A stretch of DNA of 26,615 nt from Chiloscyllium plagiosum (Eukaryota): assembly GCF_004010195.1 (NCBI RefSeq), contig NC_057718.1, forward strand, positions 83,222,669 through 83,249,283, read 5' to 3'. The notes below the pieces were generated by a model, which was not told where the DNA came from, made no database searches, and saw only the letters and a list, made by a program, of their open reading frames with translations. Shown piece after piece: positions 1 to 12,929 of this stretch (the stretch's first letter is position 1; the number at the start of each line of letters is the position of its first letter). A program made the position numbers and the translations under genes.

Positions 1-565
1 ATGCTTCAATTATAGAGGGCATTGGTGAAGCCACATCTTAAATACTGTGTGCAGTTTTGTCCTCTCTATTTGATGTCAATGTATTGGAGTCATTCAGAGG
101 AGGTTCAGTAGATTGATAACTGGAAGGAGTGGGTTGTCTGATGAGGATACAGGCTTTGCTTGTTTCCACTGGAGTTCAGAAGAGTGAAGGTGATTAGATT
201 TAAGTGTATTAGATCCTGAATGGTCTTGATAATGTGAATGTGGAAAGGATGTTTACTGTTTTAGGACAATCTATATGTAGGGTGCATATCTTTAAAATTA
301 GAGATTGGGTAGAGATGAAGAGAACCTTTTTTCTCTCAGAGGGTTGTGCAGCTTTGGAACTCTGCCTCAGAAGGCAGTGAAACAGGGTCATATATTTTTA
401 AGGCAGAGGTAAATAAACTTTTGTTAGGCAAGGGAATCATAGGTTATTGGAGGTAGATAGGAATGTAGATTTCGAAACACAAACATATCAGCCAAGATCT
501 TATTGAATGGCGGAGCAGGCTTGAGACTGATTGGTCAACTTCTGCTCAGATTTCATGTATTCATA
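1..565 (+). mobile_element. Degenerate CR1 LINE 3' end
   Basis: MLQLYRALVKPHLKYCVQF and FFSQRVVQLWNSLPQKAV motifs; CR1-type 3' UTR (atcttattgaatggcggagcaggc). Confidence 0.85.
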
Positions 566-599
566 TTTACATCTAAATACTAAAACTTCTGGTAGTATT

Positions 600-1805
600 A
601 ATCAGTCTGAACATTAATAGCAAATACTACAGTATAAAGTTTGAAAAAAATACTGGTGACCAGTGGGGAGGCAAATGTGTATTGCTTTGCAAAAATTGAA
701 GCAATTGAAAATGTAATGTATGCTCTTAATTGCCTTCTAATTTTTTTTTCATGGAGGAGGAGAAGGAAAACAGAAAGGCAGAACACAAGGAAATGGAATA
801 GAGAAATGGGTGAGTAAGACAGCAACAAACCACCCGTCAGGATGATAAATAATGTGAAGGGGGCCATGAGGGTGGTAAAGTCAGGCAAACAAAAAAAAGA
901 GAAGAAAGTGGTGAGCAGTGTTAAATATTCTTTTCCAGACTGGTGGACAGTGTATATTGAGGCTCCTCAGGAGTTGGTATTAGGACCACAGCTTTTTTAG
1001 ATACATATTAAGGAGTGTACTGGACACAATGTAAAAATTTACTGATGACATAAAGGTATTGGTGAGGAGGATAACATTAGATCATATGGATGGATATGAA
1101 ACAGGCAGACATTTTAGTCAGAGGAACACAGATAGGCAATATAAAATGAAGAATATAATTTTAAAGGTAGTGCAGGAGCAGGGAGATCTGGTATATATGC
1201 GCAAATTAACCTGGAATTCCTTGACGATATTGTGAGTTAACCAATGGCACATGGATTGCAGTGGTATAAGAAGGCAGCTCACTAACACCTTATCAAGGGC
1301 AACTAAGAATGGGCAATAAATGCTGGCCAAGCTAGTGGCACCCATATCCCAAGAATTAAATTAAAAATATTACTGAAGTGGCAACAAATTGGAAAAGAGG
1401 TTATTGAGGCATGCAGCATTCTGGGCTTTACAAATAATCATATAGAGTACCAAAGCTGGGAAGTGATGATGATCATTTATACAACATTGGTACAACTGGA
1501 GTGCTGTTTTCAATTCTGAGTACTGCTTTTGAGAGGGTGCAGAAAAATATCTATTAATTTGCTTTCAAAGATGAGGCACTTATGTGGATAGACAGGAAAG
1601 CTGATTCTGATCACCTGGACACAGTGGATAATAAGAAACTGCTTCCAGAGGACACTGATTTAATGTGATTAGCAAAAAAAGGAATTAGATAATTATGGAG
1701 AGAAAATATTTACGGAGCTACGGATAAATATGCAGGAAGACAGCTAGCACAGACACAGGACAGTTGTTCTCTTTTTCTGTTATAACTATTCTATGTTTTT
1801 ATGAA
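600..1805 (+). mobile_element. Highly degenerate CR1 ORF2 fragment with an inserted LINE/SINE 3' tail at ~1210-1367
   Basis: Decayed PQGSVLGP (cctcaggagttggtattaggacca) and FADD (tttactgatgac) motifs; inserted tail with gggcaataaatgctggcc. Confidence 0.65.
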
Positions 1806-1944
1806 AAGTTTTATTACCAAGAAACAGATTGGGAAAGGCAAACTGAACTAAAAGTAAGACTTATATTTATAAAGTATCTTTTATTTCTAACACACATTTC
1901 AATGAACATTATACAATATGTTATATTATAAGGAAGAAACTAAT

Positions 1945-2280
1945 GACATTGTGGTAATGTCACTGGATTAGTGATCCAGAATCTCAGGCTAATGCTCTCA
2001 AGAAAATCTGGAATTCTTTAAAACACTATCCTAATGGTGACGATGTAATACCTGCTGATTGTTGTAAAATAGACATGCTGGAGGCTGGAAGAACACAGCA
2101 AGTCAAGCAGCATCAGAGGTGGAGAAGTCAATGTTTCGGACGTAATCCATCTTGTTCACTAATGTCCTTTATGGAAGAAAATCAGTTGCCCTTACCTGTT
2201 CTGGCCTACATGTGACTCCAGACTCATAGCAATTGGCTGACTCTTAGTGCCCTCTGAATTAGCCCCAGCAAGCCAAACAG
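1945..2280 (+). mobile_element. DeuSINE (SacSINE1/AmnSINE1-like), interrupted at ~2070-2150 by a short Penelope-type fragment
   Basis: tRNA-like head gtggtaatgtcactggattagt; Deu-domain-like gttcactaatgtccttt...ccttacctgttctggcctacatgtgactccaga. Confidence 0.7.
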
Positions 2281-2287
2281 TTTACAA

Positions 2288-2990
2288 AATTTACAAAATA
2301 TTATATGTATTGACTGCCTGCATTGACTGTGTGCAGATTGTGCATTTTTTGAGCAAAATAGAATTTATCTGCAAATATAATTCTGCAAATACAAATTCAT
2401 TCCATAGACTTATATATGTGTGTTTATGTGCATGAGAGAGAGAAAGAGAGAGAGTGTGTGTGCGTGTGCATGTGAGTGTGAGAGTGTGTATTGGGGTGAA
2501 TTTGTATTTGCAGAATTATATTTGCAGATACATTCTATTTTGCTCAAAAATGCACAATCTGCACACAGTCAATGCAGGCAGTCAATACATGTAATATTTT
2601 GTAAATTCCACTTTGGAAATAGAACTAGTCTGACTCAAGATTGGAATGCAGACAGACTCTGACCTCACACGTTTAATGCATTGTCTGAGCTAAGATGTCA
2701 CCTTTTCTTATAAAATCTTAAGTTACCTCAAGAAGATGACTTAGAAGAAGTTCTGGGATTTACATATTAATGAACCGAAACCTGTAACATATTCTAAAAG
2801 ATGGAAGCCTTAACAATCCAGGCGTGTTCAATATGTTATTGCAGTTGTATGACACTGTAATCTTTTGCTGTAAATACTGTGTTTATGATTTTACACTTCA
2901 CAACTACCTGATGAAGGAGCAATGCTCTGAAAGCTAGTGCTTCCAAATAAACCTGTTGGACTATAACCTGGTGTTGTGTGATTTTTAACT
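2288..2990 (+). mobile_element. Penelope-like element end with internal ~111-bp inverted repeat and hammerhead motif
   Basis: Arms 2288-2399 and 2497-2607 around a (GA)n/(GT)n spacer; terminal ctgatgaaggagc...gaaagctagtg followed by aataaa. Confidence 0.7.
2905..2939 (+). ncRNA. Minimal type I hammerhead ribozyme motif (Penelope-associated)
   Basis: TAC-CTGATGA-a-GGAGC-aat-GCTCT-GAA-AGCT-A-GTG: core boxes, 5-bp stem II, palindromic AGCT stem III, CUA triplet, 3-bp stem I. Confidence 0.7.
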
Positions 2991-3369
2991 AAATAATACT
3001 AACAGACCATTTAATTGCAAATTGCTTCTATTGTTCTTTTCTGGTGAGTTAATTTTCCTTCTTGCTTAATAAAGTTGAAAAGTGTTCTTCAGGATTAATT
3101 TCAATTTAGTAATAAAGTCCGATTTAAACAAGCACAATTGTGTTGGGGAAATTCTATTGAGTAAAACATCTTAAAAAAAGAATATTTCATGATTACAAGA
3201 AGTGCAACTGTGTAGACATGTTCTTAAGTGCTCTGGTTGTGTATGAAGACAAATATTTTTTGCTATTACTGTTTTCCTAATGACACCAACATCAGCAAAT
3301 TGAACACAATGTGAAAAGAATGCATCAATGAACTTCTATTTACTGCCAATATCAAAGAATACAAAGTCA

Positions 3370-3722
<353 letters not shown>

Positions 3723-4009
3723 CTGAAAATGGAGAAAATAAATTCATATAAAAACCACTGTACATACAATTATTGACTGTGTAACATATTGCAAGCGTGT
3801 TATATGTAGAACATTAAAGTAGTTCAACAATTACCCACAAACTGAAATAAAAACAGGGACAGTCTATCCAAGTTTGAAGGCTATAAATGAATCTACCCAC
3901 CACACTTTAGCACTGCATTCTAGATCCTAACCACTCACTGCTTGAAATATTCTGGTTCTTTAGCCTATCTCCTGAAATCAGTGTCTTTTGGTTCTATCAA
4001 TGATGGAAA

Positions 4010-4700
4010 CACTAAATAGCAGATAACAAAGACTTGGGATAAATGGGTTATTTTAAAGTTGACAAGCTGTAACTAATGAAATGTCACAGAGAACTGTGCT
4101 AGGGCCTCATCTATTTATGATCCGTATTATTAAACACTGATTCTACCATGGTCACATTTGCTGCTGATACAAAGAGTTTATGGCATATGGATTGGTAGGA
4201 AAAAAGCTATAAGGAAGATACAAAGAGTCCACAAAAGAGATATAAATAAGTTGAGTGGTCAAAAATTTGACAGATGGAGTATTATGTAAAATGTAAGGGT
4301 GACCACTAGGCAGGTGAAAAAGAAAGATAGAATATTATTTAAATGGAGCAAGATTGAAGAATGTAAGAGCAATTTGGACATCCTTGTATATGAATCACAG
4401 AAATTAGCATGCAAGTCCAGCAAGTAGTTACATAGGCTAATGGATGCTGGCCTTCATTGGAAGGGAAATGAATTAGAAAAGTATTGTTGAAACTGCACAG
4501 GCCAAGAGTACTGTTATCATTTTTTTGTCTTCTTGCTGCAGGAGAGATATACTTGTTGGAAACAGTTCAGAGAAAGCTCACGAGGCTAATGTTGGGATGT
4601 AAAAGTTGTCTTGTGAATATTGAGTCAATCTTTTCTGTATACATTGTACTTTAGAAGAATGATCTGATTGAAACAAAAAAGCTTGAGCACTGGGTTTCAG
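4010..4700 (+). mobile_element. Degenerate CR1 ORF2 fragment
   Basis: Decayed VPQGSVLGP (gtcacagagaactgtgctagggcct), FADD-like tttgctgctgatac and ANGMLAFI motifs. Confidence 0.75.
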
Positions 4701-4710
4701 AGTTTGACAG

Positions 4711-4983
4711 TTTAGATTAGATTATTTACAGTGTGGAAATAGGCCTTTCGGCCCAACAAGTCCACACCAACCCTCCGAAGAGCAACCCACCCATACCCAT
4801 TCCCCTACATTTACCCATTCACCTATCACTACAGGCAATTTAGCATGGCCAATTCACCTAACCTGCACATTTTTGGACGGTGGGAGGAAACCGGAGGAAA
4901 CTCCACACAGTCAGTTGCCTGAGGCGGGAATTGAACCCGCGTCTCTGGCGCTGTGAGGCAGCAGTGCTAACCACTATGCCACC
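4711..4983 (-). mobile_element. tRNA-derived V-SINE (HE1-like shark SINE)
   Basis: Minus strand GGTGGCATAGTGGTTAGCAC (A box) ... GGGTTCAATTCCC (B box), V-domain-like ccggtttcctcccac...aaaaatgtgcaggttaggtgaattggccatgctaaattg, LINE-type tail ending in (TCTAA)n. Confidence 0.85.
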
Positions 4984-4989
4984 ATTTAT

Positions 4990-5990
4990 TGGAGGCATTG
5001 AAGTGCATCCATGAGGGTAAGGTTATGTGGAGAGCACATTTTAGATGTGGTCACCCTGTAGCTTAAAGAAGACCAGTCAGAAAGAGAATGATTGACCATC
5101 AGTCAGAAGAAGAGTGGCAGGCAGGCAGACAGGAAAGTCCCAAAATGCATCTCACTTGGGAACAGATTTTCAGAGCTGGAAATTGGCAACAGTGACTTTT
5201 CCTCTGGGGAGTAAAGCCAGACCCCAGCTGAAGAAGGGGAGGGCGATCAGAAAGAGAGGGAGAACAATACTGATAGGAGATTCAATAGTGAGGGGTCAGA
5301 TAGACATTTCTGAGGCCACAGATGTGACTCCGGGATAGTGTACTCCCTGATGCTGGTGTCAAGGATGTCACTGAATGGCAGGAGGACACTCTACAGGGGA
5401 GGACGAGCAGTCAGAGATTGTGATTCACAATGGGACTAACAACAGATAGAGAGATTAGGTCCTGTGACAAGAATTTAAAGCACCAGGGAGTTGAGTATAA
5501 AGCAGGACTTCAAAGTTTGTAATCTCACTGTCGAAAAGTGTGGGGCTGGAAAAGCACAGTGGGTCAGGCAGCATCCAAAGAGGAGAATCAACAAATCAGG
5601 AATGATGAAGGGCTTATGCCCGAAACATCGACTCTCCTGCTTCTTGGATGCTGCCTGACCTGCTGTGCTTTTCCAGCCCCACACTTTTCGACTCTGATCT
5701 CCAGCATCTGCAGTCTTCACTTTCTCCTAATTTCTACATTACTCACTAGCAAGTGGCACTGTGAGGATAGGAATAGGCAGATAGAAGACATGAATACATG
5801 GCTATAGATTTGAAGCAGGAGGGAGGGCTTTACATTGGTTGATCACTGGATTTATTTCTGGGGCAAGTGAAACACCTGAATGGAAATGGGAGCAACATCC
5901 TTACTGGGAGATTTGCTAGTAGAGTTTGTGTGGGTTTAAACTGATTTGGCAGTTGTGTGGGATGTGGAGTAGAGGTACAGTAGGTGATGA
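4990..5990 (+). mobile_element. CR1 ORF1 esterase (SGNH/GDSL) relic, interrupted at ~5531-5728
   Basis: TILIGDSIVRG (GDS block), IVIHNGTN-like block (attgtgattcacaatgggactaac), MNTWL and HLNGNG segments. Confidence 0.75.
5531..5728. mobile_element. Short fold-back Penelope-type element with degenerate hammerhead core
   Basis: Inverted arms ~5531-5592 and ~5627-5691; central atgatgaagggcttatgcccgaaacatc; same family as 9841, 14229 and 17260. Confidence 0.75.
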
Positions 5991-6054
5991 AGAAGAATGA
6001 AGTCAGCCTAGAAGTGCAAATATAATCAAGTTAAGGCACAAAGGAGCACAGCAA

Positions 6055-7395
6055 GGCTGGAAACAGGAGGTGATGGTCAATGGGTGCTTTTGTGATTGAA
6101 AGTCTGTGTCCAGTGGCATACCACAGGGTTCTGTGCTGAATACTTTGCTCTTTGTTATGTACATTAATGATCTAGATTTGAATGTAGGAAGGTTGATCAT
6201 AAGTTCACAGATGACACGTAAATTGGTGGTGTGGTAAATAGCAAGGAGGAAAGCTTGACGGTACAGGATGATATAGATGGGCCATACAGTAGCAATTGGA
6301 ATTTAATCCTGAAACGTATGATGCGATTCATTTTTGGAGAACTAACGAGGCAAAGGAGTACACATTGAGTAGTGGGACCCTATGGACAGCAGAGGACCTT
6401 GATGCACATGTTCATAAATGTATGAAGGGGACTGAACAAATTAGCTAAGAAGGCATTTGAAAAATTCGCATTTATTAGTCAAGGCACTGACTACAAAAGC
6501 AAGGAAATTAAGATGGAGCTGTACATAACATTAATTGGCCACATCTGGAGTACTCTATGGTGTTCTGGTTGTCACAATATGCGATGGCATGAGAGGGGGT
6601 GCAGGAGAGGTTCATCAAAATATTGCCGGAGTTGGAGCAATTTATCAATGAAGAAAGACTAGATAGACTGGGGTTGTTTTCCTTAGAGCAGAGAAGACCA
6701 TTGGAGGAATTACACTGTCCCGAAGGATATAGACAGGGTAGAGAGGGAGAATCTTTTCCCCTTAGTAGAGAGGTCAGTAACCGGGGGCACAGTTTTAAGA
6801 TAAGGAGCAGAAGGTTTAGAGGGATTTGAGGGAAAAAGATTTCACCCAGGAGAATAATAGGTATCTGGACCTCATTCCTAAAAGAGTGGTAGAAGTGTGA
6901 TCCGTCAAGACATTTAAGAACTATTCAGATGAGTACATGAAACAACACCATAGACAAGGCTATGGGTCAAATGCTAGAAAATAGGATTTAATAAGTTGAT
7001 GTTTGATGACCAGTTGTGAACATAATGGCAGAAGACTTCTTTCCATGCTGTTAAAACTCTATGATCCTATGCTAGGGGGTATCGACAGGGCAGATCAGAG
7101 GAGAAATCCAGATCAAGGGTTCACACTTTCAAAGTAAAGGGTCTTCCAATTATGATTGAGATAGTGAGGAATTTCTTCTCTCAGAGGATCATTTTTTTGA
7201 AACTCTTTTCCATGGAAAGCAGTGGAACCTATGTCAGCCAAAGCTAAGTTGGACAGACTTCTGATCTACAAGGGAGTCAATGGTTATGGTGGTGCAGAAA
7301 CCAAAGCGAAATTAAGCTCCAGTCAGCCATGATCTTTTGTAAAGCTGGCTCAAGTGACAGAATGGCTTCCTCATGATCCTATTTGTGTTGGTCTT
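6055..7395 (+). mobile_element. CR1 ORF2 RT and 3' end (6055-7070) followed by a second CR1 3' end (7075-7395)
   Basis: SGIPQGSVL, KFTDDT and ERLDRLGLFSLEQRR motifs; tail ctctatgatcctatg; second FFSQR/UTR segment. Confidence 0.8.
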
Positions 7396-9840
7396 TGAAC
7401 AATTTTGATTTCTATCCCACAGTTGATGCCAGATCTACTAAGTTTTCTCCAGCATTTTCTATTTTAATTTGACATCTCCAGCATCTGCATTACTTTGCTT
7501 TTGTTTCTACTCTACAGTCTCTAGACCCCTCATGAACTTTGAACAATTCTATTAAATCTTCTCTCAAAATTCTTTTTACTAAGAATAACAACTCAACATT
7601 CTCCAATCTCTCCAGCAAACTGAAGTTCCACAGCCTTGAAACCATTCTTTAAACCCACTCTAAGTTTCTACATCCTTTATAAAGTGCTTTGCACAAAATT
7701 GGATACAGTGCACCAGTTGAAACAATGTTTTACAAAGATTCATTATAGCTTCTTTTACTCTATGACTCTAGTTTTAAAAAAAAAATTAGTTTTCTTCTTC
7801 ATGCTGTCTACTCCAATCACGTTACCTCCCTCCCCACTCTTGTTATTTCTCCAGAGTCAAAAATCAATGATTGGAAGGGAGTGAACTTGTGACTGTAAAA
7901 ACTGGTACAGTAACTCTAGCTGGTCCCACTGCTGCCACAAAGATGACTTTTGATTACCAATCACATTGAGAGAAAGCCATGGAGGAGCAGCGAAAACAAA
8001 TAAAAAGGGAGTAGGAAATCGGGAGCAATCTACGGTTCATGAAGATGTCTTCATGGCCTTTTTAGCAATGGTGTAGCTAAAGGCAAAGGAGAAACTGCCT
8101 AGAAACATAATTCTGAGCAGGGACCAAGATCTCGGTCACTCAGCTCTACACAAGTCCAATCCTGGCTATCACTCACACAGCCAAGATCAAGATGCTTGGC
8201 AGAGCTTTCACGTTTGCACACTGACAGAGCCCCAGTAAGTTTCTAGGATGCTATTTTGAAGGGTGGTGATAAATGGAGAAAATTTGCAGAAGCATCCGTT
8301 AAAGGGAGAATAGGGGGTTTGGATTGGAGTCTGGTACCCATAAAGGAACCACCACTTAAAGAAAAGACGCCAGATCCCTAAAAAGGAGCTACTATCTGGT
8401 AAACATAAACTTAAGTTTTCATATGCTTCTGAAAGCTAATCCTACAAAAGATCTCTGAAATGTAAGCAGTAAAACTCTTATATAAAGAGAAAATTTACAT
8501 CTGACAAAGGGGCATTGGATTCGAAACATTAATATCACAAATGCAGTTATAAAGAAACATTGGATAGACCGGGGTTGATTTTCTTAGAACAAGAGGAGGC
8601 TGAGGAATAACTCAATTGAGGTGCACAATATTATGAGGATGGACCTAAATAGAGTAAACCAGGAAAGCAGGAAACTAGAGGCCATTTAGCTTAACACCTG
8701 CCCATTGGAAAAATGCTGGAATCCATTACTACATAAGTTCGAGTACTCAGAAAATCTCAATGTAATCAGCAGAGTCAACATAGTTTTAAGAAAGTGAAAT
8801 ATGCTTACATACTTTATTGGAGTTCTGAGGAAGTTAAAAAAAGTGGACAAAGGGAAGGAACAAGGGAATGTGATCGATTTAGATTTCCATAAGACACGTG
8901 ATAAGGAGCTGCATCAAAAGTTACTATGCAAAATAAGAATGTTTCCCCATGCCCCATCAATGTTAGGGATAGATGTGTTAGAGGAAATAAGATAGGCATA
9001 AATGGATCATTTTAAAGTTGGCAAGATATGATGAATGGAGTACCACAGGGAACATTGCTGGGACCTTATAATATGTCACGATTTTGATGAAAGGATTAAA
9101 TGTAAGGTTGCTAAACTTGTTGATAGTTACAATGAGGACATAAAATCTCTGCAAAGGGATATAGATAAGATTAATTGGACAAGAGAAAAAAATGGCAAAT
9201 GGAATATATGTGGGAAAATAGGAACATCCACTCTGGGACAGGACGAGAAAATCAATAAATTATTTAGATGGAGAGAAATTGTAGAACCTAAGGAACAAAG
9301 GGATCGAAGTGACTTACTAAGTGAATCTTGAAAGGTTGGTACAAAAGTACAGCAAGTGATGAGGAAGACAAATGGAATATTTTCATTTATTGCAAGTGTT
9401 ATGGAATTGAAAGCAGGGGTGTTTTGCTACAATGTATAGAGTGCTGATGAGACCATATCTGGAGCACTGTAAATGGTTTTGCTCTCCTTATTTAAGATAG
9501 AAATGCATTAGGAGCTGTTCAGAGAGGGTTCACTCCATTGATATCTGGGTTAGAGAGGTTATTTTATGAGGAAAGGTTGGAAGGCTAAGCCTTTATCCAT
9601 TGGAGTATATAAAGATAAGAGATGTAATTTTATTGGAACATACAACATCCTGAGGGACAGGGTTTTTTATTCTTATTATGGGGTTTGAACGTGTCAAGTA
9701 AGGCTGGCAATTGTTGCCTATGCCTATATGTCCTTGAACCAACTGGCTTTCTAGGCCATTTCATAGGATTACTAAGAATCAACCACATTCCTGCAAGTCT
9801 GGAGTCACATATAGGGCAGTCTAGGTAAGCACATCAGCTT

Positions 9841-9949
9841 GGAGAAGGTGAGGACCGCAGATGCTGGAGATAAGAGTGTGTGCTGGAAAAGCACAGCAGG
9901 TCAGGCAGCATCCAAGGAGCAGGAGCAGGAGCCCTTCATCAGGAATAAG
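9841..9949 (-). mobile_element. Short Penelope-type element, internally deleted, with 12-bp TSD
   Basis: TSD GCACATCAGCTT at 9829-9840 and 9950-9961; minus strand begins attcCTGATGAagggc. Confidence 0.8.
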
Positions 9950-10115
9950 GCACATCAGCTTTCCTTCCCTAAGCGATATTAGTTTACAACAATCAACAAT
10001 GGTTACATAGCGCTATTAGACTATATTTTAATTCCAGATTTGTGGAATTCTAATTTCATCATCTGCCTTGATGGATTTTAACCCATGGTCACAGAACAGT
10101 AGCCTTGGTCGCTGG

Positions 10116-11426
10116 TGTAACCCCTTGTTCAAGAAAGGATCAAGGCAAAAGATGGAAAATTATAGGCCAATTAGCCTAACCTCGGTTGTTGGTAGAAGTC
10201 TAGAATCCATCATTAAGGATGAGGTTTCTAAATTCTTGGAAGAGCAGGGTCGGATTAGAACAAGTCAACATGGATTTAGTAAGGGGAGGTCGTGCCTGAC
10301 AAACCTGTTGGAGTTCTTTGAAGAGGTGACAAGTAGGTTACACCAGGGAAACCCAGTGGATGTTATCTACCTAGACTTCCAAAAGGCCTTTGATATGGTG
10401 CCACACGGGAGTGTTCGAGGTGAGCTACTGGAATGGATTGAGGATTGGCTGTCTGACAGAAGGCAGAGAGATGGGATAAAAGGTTCTTTTTCGGAATGGC
10501 AGCCAGTGACNNNNNNNNNNNNNNNNNNNNNNNNNNNNNNNNNNNNNNNNNNNNNNNNNNNNNNNNNNNNNNNNNNNNNNNNNNNNNNNNNNNNNNNNNN
10601 NNNNNNNNNNNNNNNNNNNNNNNNNNNNNNNNNNNNNNNNNNNNNNNNNNNNNNNNNNNNNNNNNNNNNNNNNNNTAAACGGTGAGAAAATTTGTAAAGC
10701 CAAAGTACAGAGGGATCTGGGAGTGCTAGTTGAGGATTCTCTAAAGGTAAACATGCAGGTTGAGTCCGTGATTAAGAAAGCGAATGCAATGTTGTCAATT
10801 ATCTCAAGAGGGTTAGAATATAAAAGCACTGAGTTGTGCTACTGAGACTTTATAAAGCTCTGGTTAGGCCCCATTTGGAGTACTGTGTCCAGTTTTGGTC
10901 CCCACACCTCAGGAAGGACATACTGGCACTCGAGCGTGTCCAGCGGAGATTCACACGGATGATCCCTGGAATGATAGGTCTAACATTTGAGGAACGGCTG
11001 AGGATTCTGGGATTGTATTCATTGGAGTTTAGAAGATTAAGGGGAGATCTAATAGAAACTTACAAGATAATACATGGCTTGGAGAGGGTGGATGCTAGGA
11101 CATTGTTTCCGTTAGGCGAGGAGACTAGGACCCGTGGACACAGCCTTAGAATTAGAGGGGGTAAATTCAGAACAGAAATGCAGAGACATTTCTTCAGCCA
11201 GAGAGTGGTGGGCCTGTGGAATTCATTGCCACAGAGTGCAGTGGAGGCTGGGACGCTAAATGTCTTCAAGGCAGAAATTGATAAATTCTTGATGTCACAA
11301 GGAATTAAGGGCTACGGGGAGAATGCGGGTAAGTGGAGTTGAAATGCCCATCAGCCATGATTGAATGGCGGAGTGGACTCGATGGGCCGAATGGCCTTAC
11401 TTCCGCTACTATGTCTTATGGTCTTA
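10116..11426 (+). mobile_element. Young 5'-truncated CR1 LINE (RT domain to 3' end; contains N gap)
   Basis: PLFKKG...NYRPISLTSVVG...SQHGF...YLDFQKAFD (ORF 10068-10685) and intact C-terminal ORF 10836-11342 LYKALVRPHLEYCVQFWSP...GKWS*; UTR ending atgtcttatggtctt. Confidence 0.92.
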
Positions 11427-11824
11427 TTACTAGTCCACTGATATTATGACCAAGCCACCGCCTCCCCTATCTTATTTTTACATATTTGATAATGGAATAT
11501 GGACATTGCTGGCTAGGCCAGCATTTATTTGCTTAATTCCTAATTGCCCAGCAGGCAGAAAATAGTTAAGCATATTGTTGAGGATCTGGATTCACATTTA
11601 GGCCAGACCAGGTAAGGATGGCAGCTTTCCTTCTCAAAAGGACATGAATAAACCAGATCAGTATGATGGGTGGATGTTGGAAGGCGTTTCCCCCCTATAG
11701 GAGTGAGTAGAACCACCGGACACAGTTTAAAATGAAGGATCCCCTTTTAAGATGGAGATGATTTTTTTTGAGGGTCACGAGCCTTTGAAACTCTCTTCCC
11801 CAGAAAGAAGTGAAAATATAGTTG

Positions 11825-12012
11825 TAGAGTCATAGTCATAGAGATGTACAGCATAGAAACAGACCCTTCGGTCCAACCCGTCCATGCCGACCAGATATCC
11901 CAACCCAATCTAGTCCCACCTGCCAGTACCCGGCTCATATCCCTCCAAACCCTTCCTATTCATATACCCATCCAAATGTCTCTTAAATGTTGCAATTGTA
12001 CCAGCCTCCACA
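11825..12012 (-). mobile_element. CR1/HER1-type LINE 3' end
   Basis: VEAGTIATFKRHLDGYMNRKGLEGY and (CTATGA)n-like tail on the minus strand. Confidence 0.85.
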
Positions 12013-12929
12013 TCGAGTATTTTTAAGGCTGGAAGAGATAGATCCTTGACTAAGAAGAGTGCAGAAAGATACTGGAGTAGGCAGGAGAGTGGAATTGAGG
12101 CCAGAATCAAATCAACCATGGTCTTGCTAAATGGCAGAGCAGGCTCCATAATCAGTGAATAACTTACTTCTAATTCACTTGTTCATATGTTGTTCTGTTT
12201 GTTGTTTCTCTCAGAAGCTAAAACTCTCACATCTCCATTTTCTGTTTGCAAACTTATGGAGCAATTTGAAAATTTATTGTGACACTTGATGCACAACAGA
12301 AAAATGTGATAGAATGTGTGCTAGATGTACCATTGTGCATGGCTCACTATAAATTACTGTTTTGTAAGGGTAAAGGAAAAAGAGGTCATTCAGTCCCCAT
12401 TCAAAGAGAAACATTATACCATTTTAAACATAATTTATTGCTCTTCCACTAAAGTTTTGACATGTCCTATGAATACTATAACGTAATTGTTCTACTTTTT
12501 TGAAATCAAAGAATGCATCAGACTGGGATATTTTAGAACTGTCATTAAACATTGATTTAAAAAGCATTCATAATAAGTTGCTGTTTGGTTAGGAAACTAC
12601 AGAAACTGAAATACACTCCAGATTGCAAGTGAGAAACGTGCAACATCTTATAATTATTTTATATTTGGGAACAAAATAATATTTTTGCAGTATGGACATA
12701 TTGACCTAAGAATCCCACACTATTTTACAGGTACTAAAGTCCAACCCTGGTAACTCCAAATCAAGTTTATTGAATAAAGTCTGGTTGTAAGAAGTCAGTA
12801 ATTTAAGGAAATATGATCGTTTATCTTGGTGAAACTAAAATAGGAGACTAGGAAAATTTACTGTTAGAAGTGCTGATAATAATCTAAAGATATCTGCAGA
12901 GCCTAAGAGTGATGGAAAATCACTGAAGG

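Larger units (their letters stand above)
9661..11468 (-). mobile_element. DeuSINE (SacSINE1-like) split by a short element (9841-9949) and a young CR1 (10116-11426); a second DeuSINE fragment follows at ~11500-11660
   Basis: ctggagtcacatatagggcagtctaggtaag Deu-domain-like segment; tRNA-like head broken between ...ggtcgctgg (10115) and attactagtcca...ccaccgcctcccc (about 11426-11468). Confidence 0.7.
8690..12190 (+). mobile_element. Old CR1 ORF2 relic (8690-9660, resuming 11661-12190) split by nested insertions
   Basis: IDLDFHK, GVPQG, LMRPYLEHC motifs; breaks after tacaacatcctgagggac and resumes with gggtggatgttggaagg, running to a CR1 3' UTR. Confidence 0.7.

Noticed and set aside
4915..4983. 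tRNA gene
   Set aside because: The A/B boxes belong to the tRNA-derived head of a V-SINE, followed by SINE body and LINE-type tail.
7860..8480. Possible exon or element in the putative intron
   Set aside because: No convincing ORF, splice pair or family motif could be identified by eye.
10836..11342. 168-aa ORF as a host gene
   Set aside because: It is the standard CR1 ORF2 C-terminus of a 5'-truncated copy.
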